This document shows positions 36,395 to 46,934 of a stretch of 64,000 nucleotides of DNA, in pieces. The notes below the pieces were generated by a model that was given only the letters and a program-made list of their open reading frames with translations, did no database searches and was not told the DNA's origin. Within the stretch, counting starts at the first letter, position 1. Every line of letters starts with the position of its first letter. The position numbers were made by a program, and so were the translations under genes. The stretch comes from a bacterium (GTDB lineage: Bacteria > Verrucomicrobiota > Kiritimatiellia > CAIKKV01 > CAITUY01): positions 2,696 to 66,695 of the forward strand of contig JBAWZH010000002.1 in NCBI GenBank assembly GCA_037143135.1, written 5' to 3'.

Positions 36395-37447
36395 CTACAC
36401 GATCAGCATGCAATCGCCGTAACTGTAGAACCGGTAACGCTCCCGGATCGCCTCTGCATAGGCCCGACGAATCAACTCGCCGCCTGCCAGCGCACTGACC
36501 ATCATGATCAGCGTGGAGCGCGGCAGATGGAAATTCGTCAGCATGGCATCCACCACCTTGAAGGCATAAGGAGGGTAAATGAAGATGCTCGTCCGCCCCG
36601 CTCCGGGCAACGGCAATCCGTCCCGCCCGGCGGACGTCTCCAGCGTCCGAACCACCGTGCTGCCAACCGCTACAATCCGCCCCTTATTCCGCCTTGCTTC
36701 AGCCAGAGTGGCCACGGTGTCGGCAGTCATGTCAAATCGCTCCGCCTCCATGACGTGATCCTCCACGGCATCAACCTTTACCGGCTTGAAGGTACCCATT
36801 CCCACATGAAGCGTGACGGCCGCATGCGACACCCCTTTCCTTTCGAGTGTCCCGAGCATCGATTCGGTCAGATGCAGTCCGGCCGTCGGTGCGGCCACGG
36901 CGCCCGGCACCCTCGCATAAACCGTCTGATAGTAGAGGCGGTCACGCGCCAGGATTTCCTTGGCAGGACATTCGGGACGCTTGATGTAGGGAGGCAGAGG
37001 CGGCAATCCAACCTCTTCCAGAACTTCCAGCAATGGACGATCCGAGTACAGGCGAACCTTGATCCCGCCACCTTCCCGCCAGGCCACGACTTCGGCCAGG
37101 ATCCGCCCCCCCGACATGATCAGTCTGGTTCCCGGCTTGGGCCGCCGCGCCGAACCACATAGCACATCCCACTCGCCCTCAGCGGTTTCCTCGAGCAGAA
37201 GAAACTCCACCCGCCCGCCTGTTTTCTCCTTATGCCCGAAGATTCGCGCCGGTATCACACGGGTATCGTTGAGGACAAGGCAATCATGGGGACGGAGAAA
37301 CGTTGGCAAATCTCTGACGAAATGGTGCGACAAGGCGCCCGAAGCCCTGTCGACGAGCATCATCCGGGCGGCCTCGCGATCCTCCAGGGGTTCCTGCGCA
37401 ATCAGATCGGGTGGCAGGTCAAAGTCAAAGTCAGCGGTTTTTAGCAT
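36395..37447 (-). CDS. queA: S-adenosylmethionine:tRNA ribosyltransferase-isomerase
   Basis: MLKTADFDFDLPPDLIAQEPL at the N-terminus, then TAGLHLT and YRFYSYGDCMLI. The ATG at 37447 is preferred. Confidence 0.9.
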   Translation of the reverse strand: MLKTADFDFDLPPDLIAQEPLEDREAARMMLVDRASGALSHHFVRDLPTFLRPHDCLVLNDTRVIPARIFGHKEKTGGRVEFLLLEETAEGEWDVLCGSARRPKPGTRLIMSGGRILAEVVAWREGGGIKVRLYSDRPLLEVLEEVGLPPLPPYIKRPECPAKEILARDRLYYQTVYARVPGAVAAPTAGLHLTESMLGTLERKGVSHAAVTLHVGMGTFKPVKVDAVEDHVMEAERFDMTADTVATLAEARRNKGRIVAVGSTVVRTLETSAGRDGLPLPGAGRTSIFIYPPYAFKVVDAMLTNFHLPRSTLIMMVSALAGGELIRRAYAEAIRERYRFYSYGDCMLIV

Positions 37448-37606
37448 CTCATTCCCAGATAAAATCACTCGAATACAAATAGGCAATCGTTAAAACGGGA
37501 GAATGCAAGAATCCAGCGGGGAGGTCAAGATCGGGTAGAAACACGTCAGGTATTCAGGTTACGAGTCTCGACTTTGCGCTCTTATCGTCATACTCTTCCG
37601 GTACAC

Positions 37607-38170
37607 ATGAGCAGGTTATTGAGGAGATCGATACTCATTATTGGTGTTTTGGCCATTCTGGGGATGGGAATAGCGTCGGCCTTCCGGCTTGAATTAAACT
37701 ATTTTCGCAACAGGGCCGTCATTGATGACGCAGCGGCGCGATATCGGGTTTCGCCCTTTCTAGTCGCCTCAGTGATCTGGCAGGAGACGCGCTTTCATTC
37801 GGAATACCGCGGCAAGGCGGGGGAAATTGGTCTTATGCAAATCATGCCGATGAGCGCGGGCGAATGGGCTAAATCCGAGCACATTGCCAATTTTGAACCG
37901 GCCACGCTTATTGACCCGAAAACCAACATCCTCGCCGGAACCTGGTATTTGGGACGGGCCATCCGGCGCTGGAACACTCAAGCCGATCCCCTGCCCTATG
38001 CCCTGGCCGAGTATAATGCCGGTCGATCAAAAGCCCTGCACTGGAAACGTAACACAGCCCGTTCACCTGAACTGTTTACCGAGATGATCGAGTATCCCGG
38101 CACACGAAACTATGTGCGAACCATCTTGAAGAATTACCGGTCTTTCGGAAAGCCCTGGCAACGCTGGTAG
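37607..38170 (+). CDS. Lytic transglycosylase (SLT domain)
   Basis: N-terminal membrane anchor, then VIWQETRF (catalytic Glu), GLMQIMP and AEYNAG. Confidence 0.8.
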   Translation: MSRLLRRSILIIGVLAILGMGIASAFRLELNYFRNRAVIDDAAARYRVSPFLVASVIWQETRFHSEYRGKAGEIGLMQIMPMSAGEWAKSEHIANFEPATLIDPKTNILAGTWYLGRAIRRWNTQADPLPYALAEYNAGRSKALHWKRNTARSPELFTEMIEYPGTRNYVRTILKNYRSFGKPWQRW

Positions 38171-38174
38171 GCGT

Positions 38175-39098
38175 TCACCCGCCCAGGCTGCCCAGATAAC
38201 GTTCCGCCTCCAGGGCAGCCATGCACCCTGACCCTGCCGCGGTTACTGCCTGCCGGTAGTGGGGATCCTGGACATCCCCGCAGGCGAATACACCCTCCAC
38301 ATTGGTCCGCGTGTGAGTCGTCACCAGATACCGGGCCTCATTCATCGCCAGAACCCCGATAAATGGCTTGGTATTGGGTTCATGTCCTATGGCCGCGAAC
38401 ATCGCATGCACGGGAATTACATTGCGTTCGCCTGTCTTGAGATTCTTCAGGCGCAACCCCGTCACTTCATTTCGCGCGACATCCAGAACTTCATCCACCA
38501 CGCTATCCCAATGGATTTCAATCTTGGGATGGTTTCGCACCCGATCCGCCATGATTTTTGAGGCCCTGAATTCATTCCGGCGGTGAATGAGCGACACCTT
38601 GCTGGCAAAACGGGTCAGAAACAACGCCTCCTCCATCGCGGTATCCCCGCCGCCAACCACAGCCACGGGCACATCACGATACAACGCGCCATCACAGGTT
38701 GCACAAGCCGACACGCCCCTCCCCATTAATTTCTGCTCGGACTCGATGCCGATATACTTGGCGCTGGCGCCGGAGGCAATAATGACACTGGAGCCCTCGA
38801 GGCCCTGGCCTTCATCCAGCACGATTTTCAGCGGTCGGCCTGAAAAATCCGCCTTGACCACCTCGCCGCGCAGGAAAGTGGCGCCAAAACGTTCCGCCTG
38901 CTCACGCATTTTCATGACCAGGGTCGTACCATCGATTCCCTCCGGGAAGCCCGGGAAATTCTCGATATCCGTGGTGGTCGTCAATTGACCGCCAGGCTGG
39001 ATCCCCTCAATGACAACGGGCTTGAGATTGGCGCGCGCCGTATAAATGGCCGCCGTCAAACCTGCGGGGCCAGTGCCGATTATGATGACATTCTGCAT
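38175..39098 (-). CDS. trxB: Thioredoxin-disulfide reductase
   Basis: MQNVIIIGTGPAGLTAAIY, redox-active CATCDG, VVGGGDTAMEEA and GVFACGDV. The ATG at 39098 has GGAG 11 nt upstream. Confidence 0.9.
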   Translation of the reverse strand: MQNVIIIGTGPAGLTAAIYTARANLKPVVIEGIQPGGQLTTTTDIENFPGFPEGIDGTTLVMKMREQAERFGATFLRGEVVKADFSGRPLKIVLDEGQGLEGSSVIIASGASAKYIGIESEQKLMGRGVSACATCDGALYRDVPVAVVGGGDTAMEEALFLTRFASKVSLIHRRNEFRASKIMADRVRNHPKIEIHWDSVVDEVLDVARNEVTGLRLKNLKTGERNVIPVHAMFAAIGHEPNTKPFIGVLAMNEARYLVTTHTRTNVEGVFACGDVQDPHYRQAVTAAGSGCMAALEAERYLGSLGG

Positions 39099-39126
39099 GG
39101 GTGGAATCTCCGAGAGGTGTTGATGA

Positions 39127-40839
39127 TCAGGTATATCGAAGGACTTCTTCAACCGTGGTGTAGCCGTCCAGGATGTTCTTGATCCCGTCCTGCCGCAGCG
39201 TGCGCATACCGAGTTCAATGGCCTTGGACCGGATCACGAGGGTCGGTTTCCGTTGATTGATCAATTCCCGGATGGGGTCACTGATACTCATGTATTCATA
39301 AATCCCCTTGCGCCCCTTATACCCGGTATTGTTGCATTGGCCGCACCCTGTTCCATAATAGAAGTTCTGGTCGCCGACATCCAGGCGCGACAGGCCCAAC
39401 CGCTCCAGGATCTGATCATCCGGACGATACGCGGTTTTGCAGTTCGTGCAAACCTTGCGAACCAGGCGCTGGCCGATCACCGCCTCCATGGTTGACGAAA
39501 TCAGATACGGTTCCACATCCATATCAATCAAACGGGTCACGGCGCCCGCCGCGTCGTTGGTGTGCAGTGTGCTAAACACAAGATGCCCGGTAAGTGAGGC
39601 GTGCACGGCAATATGGGCCGTGGTGAGATCGCGAATTTCGCCGATCATCAACACATCCGGATCCTGGCGCAGGAAGGCGCGAAGGACGCGTTCAAACGTG
39701 TTCCCAATCGCATCGTTGACCGGCACCTGGATAATCCCGTCGATCTCATATTCAACAGGATCCTCAGCCGTAAGGAGTTTGCTCTCCACCGTATTCAGTC
39801 GGCGCAACGCGGAGTAAAGCGTGGTTGTCTTGCCGGATCCGGTTGGCCCCGTGACCACAATGATGCCGTTGGGTTTGTCAATATCCAACATAACGGCCTG
39901 GAGAATGTCATCCGGCATACCCAGATTATCGATGTCCAGTGACACCACGCCACGATCCAGCACGCGAAGCACAACACTCTCGCCGAATTGGGTGGGCAGA
40001 CAGGAGACGCGAAAATCGATTTGGCGTCCCCCAATGGTCAACTGAATACGTCCGTCCTGGGGTAACCTGCGCTCGGCAATGTTGAGGCCCGACATGACTT
40101 TGAGGCGGGAGATGACCGGCAGGGCCAGCCGCTTGGGCGGCGGGGCCATCTCATACAAAGCGCCGTCAACACGATACCGGATCTTGAATTCACTCTCAAA
40201 CGGCTCAAAATGAATGTCCGACGCACGATCCTGAACCGCCTGATACAACACCAGGTTGACAAACCGGATGACCGGCGCGGAGCCGGCCGCCTCTTCAATC
40301 CCGCGCGCATCCTCCTGGGCCGTGTTGAGTTCCAGGAACTTATCAACCTGCTCAATCTCCGACTCCAGGGCATTCAGCATGTCGCTGACGGACGCGCTGT
40401 CATCCCCATACAACTGGTTGACGTGGGCCCGGACATCATCCTCGCGGGCGAGCACCAGTTGAATGTCCTTGGACAACACGAACGCCAGTTCGTCAATTGT
40501 CCCCGGACTCATCAGGTCATAAGTGGCCAGGGTCACGGTATTGACGCCCTTTTCAACAGGCACCACCATGTACATGCGGGCCACACTGGCGGGAATAGAG
40601 CGCACGACATCGGGAGGGATATCGGTAGCCGGCAGGTTCACCACCCGGGTTCCCAGACTCTCGGCAATCAGATTCAGCAGCGTATCCTGCGGACAGATCT
40701 CCATATTGATGACAATCTCACGCACCGACTTTCCGCTGCGTTGATGCTCATCCGAGATCTCCTGGAGTTGCTCGGCCGTAACAAGCCCGTTAGATTCCAG
40801 GAGTTGGAGAATCGGGTCATTTTGATGGACATCAGGCAT
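39127..40839 (-). CDS. GspE/PilB-family type II secretion / type IV pilus assembly ATPase (paralogue 1)
   Basis: 570 aa. N-terminal T2SSE_N-type domain, Walker [35 protein letters not shown] and the tetracysteine motif CTNCK...CGQCNNTGYKGR. Confidence 0.9.
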   Translation of the reverse strand: MPDVHQNDPILQLLESNGLVTAEQLQEISDEHQRSGKSVREIVINMEICPQDTLLNLIAESLGTRVVNLPATDIPPDVVRSIPASVARMYMVVPVEKGVNTVTLATYDLMSPGTIDELAFVLSKDIQLVLAREDDVRAHVNQLYGDDSASVSDMLNALESEIEQVDKFLELNTAQEDARGIEEAAGSAPVIRFVNLVLYQAVQDRASDIHFEPFESEFKIRYRVDGALYEMAPPPKRLALPVISRLKVMSGLNIAERRLPQDGRIQLTIGGRQIDFRVSCLPTQFGESVVLRVLDRGVVSLDIDNLGMPDDILQAVMLDIDKPNGIIVVTGPTGSGKTTTLYSALRRLNTVESKLLTAEDPVEYEIDGIIQVPVNDAIGNTFERVLRAFLRQDPDVLMIGEIRDLTTAHIAVHASLTGHLVFSTLHTNDAAGAVTRLIDMDVEPYLISSTMEAVIGQRLVRKVCTNCKTAYRPDDQILERLGLSRLDVGDQNFYYGTGCGQCNNTGYKGRKGIYEYMSISDPIRELINQRKPTLVIRSKAIELGMRTLRQDGIKNILDGYTTVEEVLRYT

Positions 40840-40846
40840 GCGTCAT

Positions 40847-41941
40847 CTACCTTTTTCTGGCTCGCTGATTTTCTTCCAGTTTCAAGACCACTGACTCCGG
40901 GTCCTGGGACTTGGTGATCAAATCCTCATAACTGATGTGTCCGGCCTGATACAGCGCCATGAGGTGGGCATCAAGCGTGATCATACCCCACTTGGCGCCC
41001 GTCTGGATCTCAGACGTAATCCGGTAGGTCTTGCTTTCACGGATCAACGCCTGGATGGCCGGGGTGCTGATCATGATCTCGAACGCCGCGACGCGACCCG
41101 GACCATCGGCCCGAACCAGCAGCAATTGGGAGATTACCGCAATGATTCCCGAGGCCAACTGCGTCCGAACCTGGGCCTGTTGCCCCATGGGAAAGGCATC
41201 CACAATGCGATCCACGGTGCGGGCCGCTCCCGTTGTATGCAACGTGGCAAACACGAGATGCCCGGTTTCCGCCGCCGTGATGGCGGCCGTCATGGTTTCC
41301 AAATCGCGCATCTCACCCACCAGGATGACATCCGGATCCTGGCGCAACGCGCGCCGCAGCGCCTCGCTGAATGACGGGACATCCACTCCGATTTCGCGCT
41401 GGGTCACCACGCTTTTTTTATGGGGATGATAGTATTCGATCGGATCCTCGATCGTAATGATGTGGTTATCCCGCTCCATGTTAATCAGATCGATCATCGA
41501 GGCCAGCGTTGTCGTCTTGCCAGACCCCGTCGGTCCCGTAACGAGAATGAGTCCTCGTGGCCTGAACAGAAGTTCCTTCACCTGTACCGGCAACCCGATT
41601 CCCTCCAGTGACATCAATTTGGACGGGATCTGACGGAGCACCAGGGCGACATGCCCCTTCGTCTTCAGCACACTCACGCGGAAACGGGCCGCCGTGCCAA
41701 ACCCAAACCCGAAGTCCGTCCCGCCGCCCTCCCGGATCTTCTGCTGGTGATCCTCGGAGGTGATGCTCTTCATGAACCGTTCCGTGTCTTCGGGTTTCAG
41801 CGCCGAGGCATCAATCGGTTGCAGACGCCCATGCAGGCGGAGCACCGGGGGAACCCCCACCTCGAGGTGAAGATCGGAAGCTCCTTCATCGACAACAAGC
41901 TGAAGAAGCTCGCTCATATCAATCTGGCTGCTATCCATCAT
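40847..41941 (-). CDS. pilT: Type IV pilus twitching-motility (retraction) ATPase PilT
   Basis: 364 aa. [52 protein letters not shown] and AIQALIRE (AIRNLIRE-type box). Confidence 0.9.
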   Translation of the reverse strand: MMDSSQIDMSELLQLVVDEGASDLHLEVGVPPVLRLHGRLQPIDASALKPEDTERFMKSITSEDHQQKIREGGGTDFGFGFGTAARFRVSVLKTKGHVALVLRQIPSKLMSLEGIGLPVQVKELLFRPRGLILVTGPTGSGKTTTLASMIDLINMERDNHIITIEDPIEYYHPHKKSVVTQREIGVDVPSFSEALRRALRQDPDVILVGEMRDLETMTAAITAAETGHLVFATLHTTGAARTVDRIVDAFPMGQQAQVRTQLASGIIAVISQLLLVRADGPGRVAAFEIMISTPAIQALIRESKTYRITSEIQTGAKWGMITLDAHLMALYQAGHISYEDLITKSQDPESVVLKLEENQRARKR

Positions 41942-43641
41942 TCGGCATCTCCCATTGTGGCGCGCAACACCTCGTCCAGGGTTGTGCTACCCATGATCAC
42001 CTTACGCAAGCCATCCTCCCGCAAGGTCCGCATCCCCAGTTCCCTGGCGCGTTGCCGTATTTCAACGGCCGACACCTTTTCAAAAATCATCCGCTGGATT
42101 TCCTCGGTAATGACAAAGATTTCAAAGATACCGGCCCGGCCCGCATAGCCGGTCAAGGAACACTTGCCGCACCCGCGTCCCCGGTAGAGTTGAACCCCGG
42201 CGAATTGATCCGCCGCCGCCCCCAGAAGTTTCATCTCCGTGGCGGTTGGCTTGTGTTCCTCCTTGCAATGATCACACACATTACGAATCAGGCGCTGGGC
42301 TACGACCGCGCGAATGGAGGACGCCACCAGGAAGGGCTTGACGCCGATATCCTGCAAACGGGCAATCGCGCTCGTCGCATCGTTCGTGTGGAGAGTGCTG
42401 AAGACCAGATGCCCGGTCAGCGATGCCTCCGTGGCAATACGGGCCGTCTCGCCGTCCCGAATTTCACCAATCATCACAATGTTCGGCGCCTGACGCAGAA
42501 TGGAGCGCAATGCGCTCGCAAACGTCAGGCCGATGTCCTCCCGAACCTGCACCTGATTGATACCCGACATTTGATATTCAACGGGATCCTCCACCGTGAT
42601 GATTTTCCGGTCGGGACGATTCACAAAGTTCAAACAGGCGTAGAGCGTCGTGGTTTTCCCGGAACCCGTCGGTCCCGTCACCAGGATGATCCCGTCGGGC
42701 AATCCGATCAACCGCGTAAAGGTCTCCTGGTCATCGGCCAGAAATCCCAACTTGGGAAGTCCGAGCGCCAGATTCTGCTTATCCAGAATACGCATGACCA
42801 CACTCTCGCCATGCCCGGTGGGGACGGTCGATACGCGGAGATCCAGTTCCCGGCCCTTGACGTTGACCTGGATGCGACCGTCCTGCGGAACACGCTTCTC
42901 GGAAATTTTCATGTTCGCCATGATTTTGACACGACTGATGATCGCGGCCTGCAGCCGTTTGGGAGGGCTGTCAACCTCCTGCATCACGCCGTCAATACGG
43001 TAGCGGACACGGAACCGTTTCTCCAATGGTTCGAGGTGTATATCGGAGGCCCGGTTGCGGTGCGCTTCATAGATGATCAGACTCACCAGTTTGATGATGG
43101 GAACATCGGATTCGGAAACATCGGCCTCCTCGCGCAGGTCAGACCGGCCGGCGGACACCATGGCGACCGTTCCCTCGGTCAGTTGGTCGATCATCGTCTC
43201 CATCGACGCATCCGTGGCGTAGAACCGATTCAGGGCCGCGGTGATCTCGGCGGGCAAGGCAACAACCCCCTCAATCTCACTCTTCAGCACATAGCGCAGA
43301 CTGTCGAGCGTATCCACTTCAAGGGGGTCGCCCAGAGCCACAGTCAAGACATTGTCATGCTTCGAAACCGGCATGATCTTGTACTTGCGGGCCACATCCA
43401 CGGGCACGGCGGCGATAGTCTCCGGCGGAATGTGAAGGTTGACCAGACTAATCATCTCCATGCCGAAACGGCTCGACAAAATGGAAAGAATCTCGTCATA
43501 AGAGAGTGTTTTGAAGGAAATGAGGGCGTCGACGACGGATCCATGGGGCGGCATCTTGCGTTGAACATCGGCAATCTGCTCAGGCGTCACTAGGCCCTCT
43601 TCCTTGAGAACCTCCAGAACATAATCGTCATTGGATGTCAA
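41938..43641 (-). CDS. GspE/PilB-family type II secretion / type IV pilus assembly ATPase (paralogue 2)
   Basis: 567 aa. Same motif set as paralogue 1 ([40 protein letters not shown]...[12 protein letters not shown]). It overlaps pilT by 4 nt. Confidence 0.9.
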   Translation of the reverse strand: MTSNDDYVLEVLKEEGLVTPEQIADVQRKMPPHGSVVDALISFKTLSYDEILSILSSRFGMEMISLVNLHIPPETIAAVPVDVARKYKIMPVSKHDNVLTVALGDPLEVDTLDSLRYVLKSEIEGVVALPAEITAALNRFYATDASMETMIDQLTEGTVAMVSAGRSDLREEADVSESDVPIIKLVSLIIYEAHRNRASDIHLEPLEKRFRVRYRIDGVMQEVDSPPKRLQAAIISRVKIMANMKISEKRVPQDGRIQVNVKGRELDLRVSTVPTGHGESVVMRILDKQNLALGLPKLGFLADDQETFTRLIGLPDGIILVTGPTGSGKTTTLYACLNFVNRPDRKIITVEDPVEYQMSGINQVQVREDIGLTFASALRSILRQAPNIVMIGEIRDGETARIATEASLTGHLVFSTLHTNDATSAIARLQDIGVKPFLVASSIRAVVAQRLIRNVCDHCKEEHKPTATEMKLLGAAADQFAGVQLYRGRGCGKCSLTGYAGRAGIFEIFVITEEIQRMIFEKVSAVEIRQRARELGMRTLREDGLRKVIMGSTTLDEVLRATMGDAE

Positions 43642-43722
43642 ATCATAGCCCTCTCAACGATGCCGTTACAAAACCTATCCCGGTACATTAACACCATGTC
43701 GCTCTGCGGGTCAATTCGACAG

Positions 43723-45159
43723 TCAATTCGACAACTTGCGCTCAAGCCAAACACCGACCATCTCCGGGTTTGCCTTACCCTTGCTCAATCGCATGACCTG
43801 TCCAACCAGGAATTTCAACGCGGCGCCCTTCCCTTTCCGGTAATCCTCGACCGACTTGGTGTTCTCCGCAATGGCCTGATCCACAATCTTTTCGATGGCC
43901 GCCGTGTCGCTGACCTGCGCCAACCCCCGGGCGGCAACAATCGCCTCGGCCCTCCCGCCCTCAGCGAGCATGAGGCAAAAAACAGTCCGCGCGGTGTTGG
44001 AATTAATCGCCTTGGACTCGGTCAAGTCAACCAACTCAGACAACGCCTCCGCAGAAATGGAAAACTCCGTAATGGAAATGTTCTTTTCGGAGAGCGTCCG
44101 GAGCACATCACTCATCACCCAGTTCGAGACGGCCTTCGGGTTTTTCGAGGAACGCGCTGCCGTTTCAAAATAGTCGCCGACCGCTTTCTCTGCGGCCAGA
44201 ACCTTGGCGTCGTACTCCGGAAGACCATACTCCCGCACAAACCGCTCCCGCCGCTGGGCGGGTAATTCAGGCAGAGTGGCGCCCCATTCGGCCACCTGCG
44301 ACTCCGACAGGACGACCGGCATCAGGTCGGGCTCGGGGAAATAGCGGTAATCATGGGCATCTTCCTTCGTTCTCATGGAGAACGTTTGGCCGAGGTCCGC
44401 ATCCCAGCGCCGGGTCTCCTGGATGATTTTCCTGCCGGCGTCAACCTCATCAATCTGGCGAGCAATCTCGTATTCCAGCGCACTGAAAACCCCCTTGAAG
44501 GTGTTCATATTCTTGATTTCGGCCTTGGTGCCCAGTTCCTTCTGTCCATCGGGGCGAATGCTGACATTCACATCGCACCGCATCTTGCCTTCCTCAAGAT
44601 TGCAGTCGCTGACACCCGCATAGACCAGAATCTGGCGTAACGCCAGCAGGTAGGCAAAGGCCTCCGCCGGCGTCTCCATATCGGGCTCCGAGACGATTTC
44701 CATGAGCGGTACGCCGGCGCGATTGTAATCAATCCCGCTCCATGTGGCGTAGTGCAGGTTTTTCGCCACATCCTCCTCCTGGTGGATTCGTGTGATTCCG
44801 ATGCGGCGCGCTTTTCCCTCACCCTCAATATCCACGTAGCCACCCAGACAGAGCGGTTTATCGTACTGGGTAATCTGATAATTTTTCGGCATGTCCGGAT
44901 AGAAATAATTCTTCCGGTCAAACTTGCTGAAGGGATTGATGCGGCACCCGAGCATGAGACCCGTGACGACGGTCAGGTGAATCGCCTCCCGGTTCATCAC
45001 CGGTAGCGAGCCGGGATAACCGAGGCACACCGGGCACACATGGGTGTTCGGCGGCGCGCCAAAATCCGTGCTGCACGCACAGAACATTTTGCTTTTCGTC
45101 TTGAGTTGGACATGCACTTCCAACCCGATGGTTACACGATAGTTGCTCATTTTCGACAT
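43723..45159 (-). CDS. gatB: Asp-tRNA(Asn)/Glu-tRNA(Gln) amidotransferase subunit B
   Basis: YRVTIGLEVHVQL, CPVCLG.PG.LPV and a C-terminal GatB/YqeY domain. The start is at 45159 or 45150. The track start at 45222 would overlap gatA. Confidence 0.9.
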   Translation of the reverse strand: MSKMSNYRVTIGLEVHVQLKTKSKMFCACSTDFGAPPNTHVCPVCLGYPGSLPVMNREAIHLTVVTGLMLGCRINPFSKFDRKNYFYPDMPKNYQITQYDKPLCLGGYVDIEGEGKARRIGITRIHQEEDVAKNLHYATWSGIDYNRAGVPLMEIVSEPDMETPAEAFAYLLALRQILVYAGVSDCNLEEGKMRCDVNVSIRPDGQKELGTKAEIKNMNTFKGVFSALEYEIARQIDEVDAGRKIIQETRRWDADLGQTFSMRTKEDAHDYRYFPEPDLMPVVLSESQVAEWGATLPELPAQRRERFVREYGLPEYDAKVLAAEKAVGDYFETAARSSKNPKAVSNWVMSDVLRTLSEKNISITEFSISAEALSELVDLTESKAINSNTARTVFCLMLAEGGRAEAIVAARGLAQVSDTAAIEKIVDQAIAENTKSVEDYRKGKGAALKFLVGQVMRLSKGKANPEMVGVWLERKLSN

Positions 45160-45172
45160 GCGCTCCACGCCC

Positions 45173-46633
45173 TCACGGGTTGTCCTTGGGCCGGTACTGG
45201 CGCCAGTTTGTTGCCTGCTCATATGCGTACCCGACCCTCAGGATAGCCTCCTCGCCCAGCGAGGAGCCGACCACCTGCATGCCGATCGGCAGGCGATCCG
45301 CGGAGAACCCGCACGGAACCGACATCCCGCAGATCCCGGCCAGATTCACAGGAACGGTAAAAATATCCCCCAGATACATCTGCATCGGATCCTCACTCTT
45401 TTCTCCGATTTTATAGGCCGGAGTGGGTGCCACAGGCGACAGGATGGCGGTGCACTTTTTGAAGGCCTCCTCAAAATCACGACGGATCAGCGTCCGAACC
45501 TTCTGGGCCCGCAGATAAAAGGCATCGTAATATCCGCTGCTGAGCACATAGGTTCCCAGAATGATCCTGCGCTTGACCTCGGGGCCGAACCCCTCCGCAC
45601 GGGTTTTCTTGTAGAGTTCGATCGGATCGCCTGCGCCAGCCGCCCGGAATCCGTACCGGACACCGTCAAACCGCGACAAGTTGGCCGAGGCCTCCGCCGG
45701 GGCAATGATATAATACGTAGCAATGGCATCACGGGTATGGGGTAAGGACACCTCGACGGTTTCGGCGCCGAGTTCGCGGCATACGGCAATCGCCTCCTGA
45801 ACGCGGCGTTCCACATCCGGATGAAGCCCCCCGATGAAGTATTCACGGGGCAGCCCCAGCACAACCCCCTTCAAGTCCTTTTTCAGCGCCGCACGATAGT
45901 CCGGCACCGGTGAGGGCACGGTGCTGGAGTCGGACGGATCCACACCGGCCATGATCTGCAACAATAAGGCCGCATCACGGACATCCTTGGTCATGGGCCC
46001 GATCTGGTCAAGGGAGGAGGCGTATGCCGTCAACCCGTACCGGGAAATCCAGCCATAAGTCGGTTTCAGACCCACGCATCCGCAAAAGGAAGCGGGTTGC
46101 CGTACCGATCCCCCTGTATCCGACCCCAGCGCCGCGATGGCTTCATCCGCCGCCACGACGGCCGCCGATCCACCGCTCGAGCCGCCCGGCACACAGTCCG
46201 CGTTCCAGGGATTCCGGGTGATCCCGTAGGCCGAATTTTCAGTGGAGGATCCCATCGCAAACTCATCCATATTGGTTCGCCCCAAAAAGACGGCGCCTTC
46301 CGCCCTCAAGCGTGCGATGGCCGTGGCGTCATAAGGGGCGACATATCCCTTCAGGATTTTCGAGCCGCAGGTGCATGACTGCCCCTTGACATTCAGAACA
46401 TCCTTGACCGCCAGAGGCACACCCAGCAGGCGTCCCGTTCCGCCGTTCAACCGGGCCGCATCCGCCGCCCTGGCCTGTGCCAGCGCCGCTTCCTCATTCA
46501 CAGAAAGATACCCGTTTAACTGTGGATCAGTCCGGCGTATGGCCTCGAGCACGGAATAGACAACGTCCTCGGATCGGCATTCCCGCCGCTGCAATTTCTC
46601 CAATACCTCATGGATCGTCAGGGTGTTCAGCAT
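45173..46633 (-). CDS. gatA: Asp-tRNA(Asn)/Glu-tRNA(Gln) amidotransferase subunit A
   Basis: 486 aa. Amidase signature [25 protein letters not shown] and the LAVKD motif. Confidence 0.95.
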   Translation of the reverse strand: MLNTLTIHEVLEKLQRRECRSEDVVYSVLEAIRRTDPQLNGYLSVNEEAALAQARAADAARLNGGTGRLLGVPLAVKDVLNVKGQSCTCGSKILKGYVAPYDATAIARLRAEGAVFLGRTNMDEFAMGSSTENSAYGITRNPWNADCVPGGSSGGSAAVVAADEAIAALGSDTGGSVRQPASFCGCVGLKPTYGWISRYGLTAYASSLDQIGPMTKDVRDAALLLQIMAGVDPSDSSTVPSPVPDYRAALKKDLKGVVLGLPREYFIGGLHPDVERRVQEAIAVCRELGAETVEVSLPHTRDAIATYYIIAPAEASANLSRFDGVRYGFRAAGAGDPIELYKKTRAEGFGPEVKRRIILGTYVLSSGYYDAFYLRAQKVRTLIRRDFEEAFKKCTAILSPVAPTPAYKIGEKSEDPMQMYLGDIFTVPVNLAGICGMSVPCGFSADRLPIGMQVVGSSLGEEAILRVGYAYEQATNWRQYRPKDNP

Positions 46634-46811
46634 ATATCCTCAACTGTATGACACGTGAGTGTCATAATTTCTCACTGATTCGGCCAACCTTAATCTTTCG
46701 GCCCTATCAAGGTCAAGATGAAGGACACGTGAAGAGCACGTGAAGATTTCACTGAAAGACGGGTAACCATTCATATTGCGTAAACGTCTCTGTTCTGGCA
46801 CTTTCTTTCAC

Positions 46812-46934
46812 ATGCAACTCAAACGATATTCCGGCAACCCCATCGTCATTCCCGGCGGCCTATGGTGGAGGCGGATTGCCACCTTCAATCCCGGGGTTAT
46901 CCTTGATGACAATGGCACCTTCTGGTCGAAATAA
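46812..46934 (+). pseudogene. Possible N-terminal remnant (40 codons) of a GH130-like glycoside phosphorylase/hydrolase gene
   Basis: Below the size cut-off of the ORF track. ATG at 46812: MQLKRYSGNPIVIPGGLWWRRIATFNPGVILDDNGTFWSK-stop. From memory, it resembles the R(Y/F)..NPI..P...W....(V/T)FNPG.I..DG.F start of GH130 proteins. It then terminates and overlaps the methyltransferase start. Confidence 0.3.

Noticed and set aside
39127-43641. c-di-GMP-binding MshEN motif in the N-termini of the two PilB/GspE paralogues.
   Set aside because: The segments ILQLLESNGLVTAEQLQEISDEHQ and [22 protein letters not shown] resemble the motif only loosely. The leading R-L-G and several spaced Leu positions do not align, so I make no claim without an HMM test.
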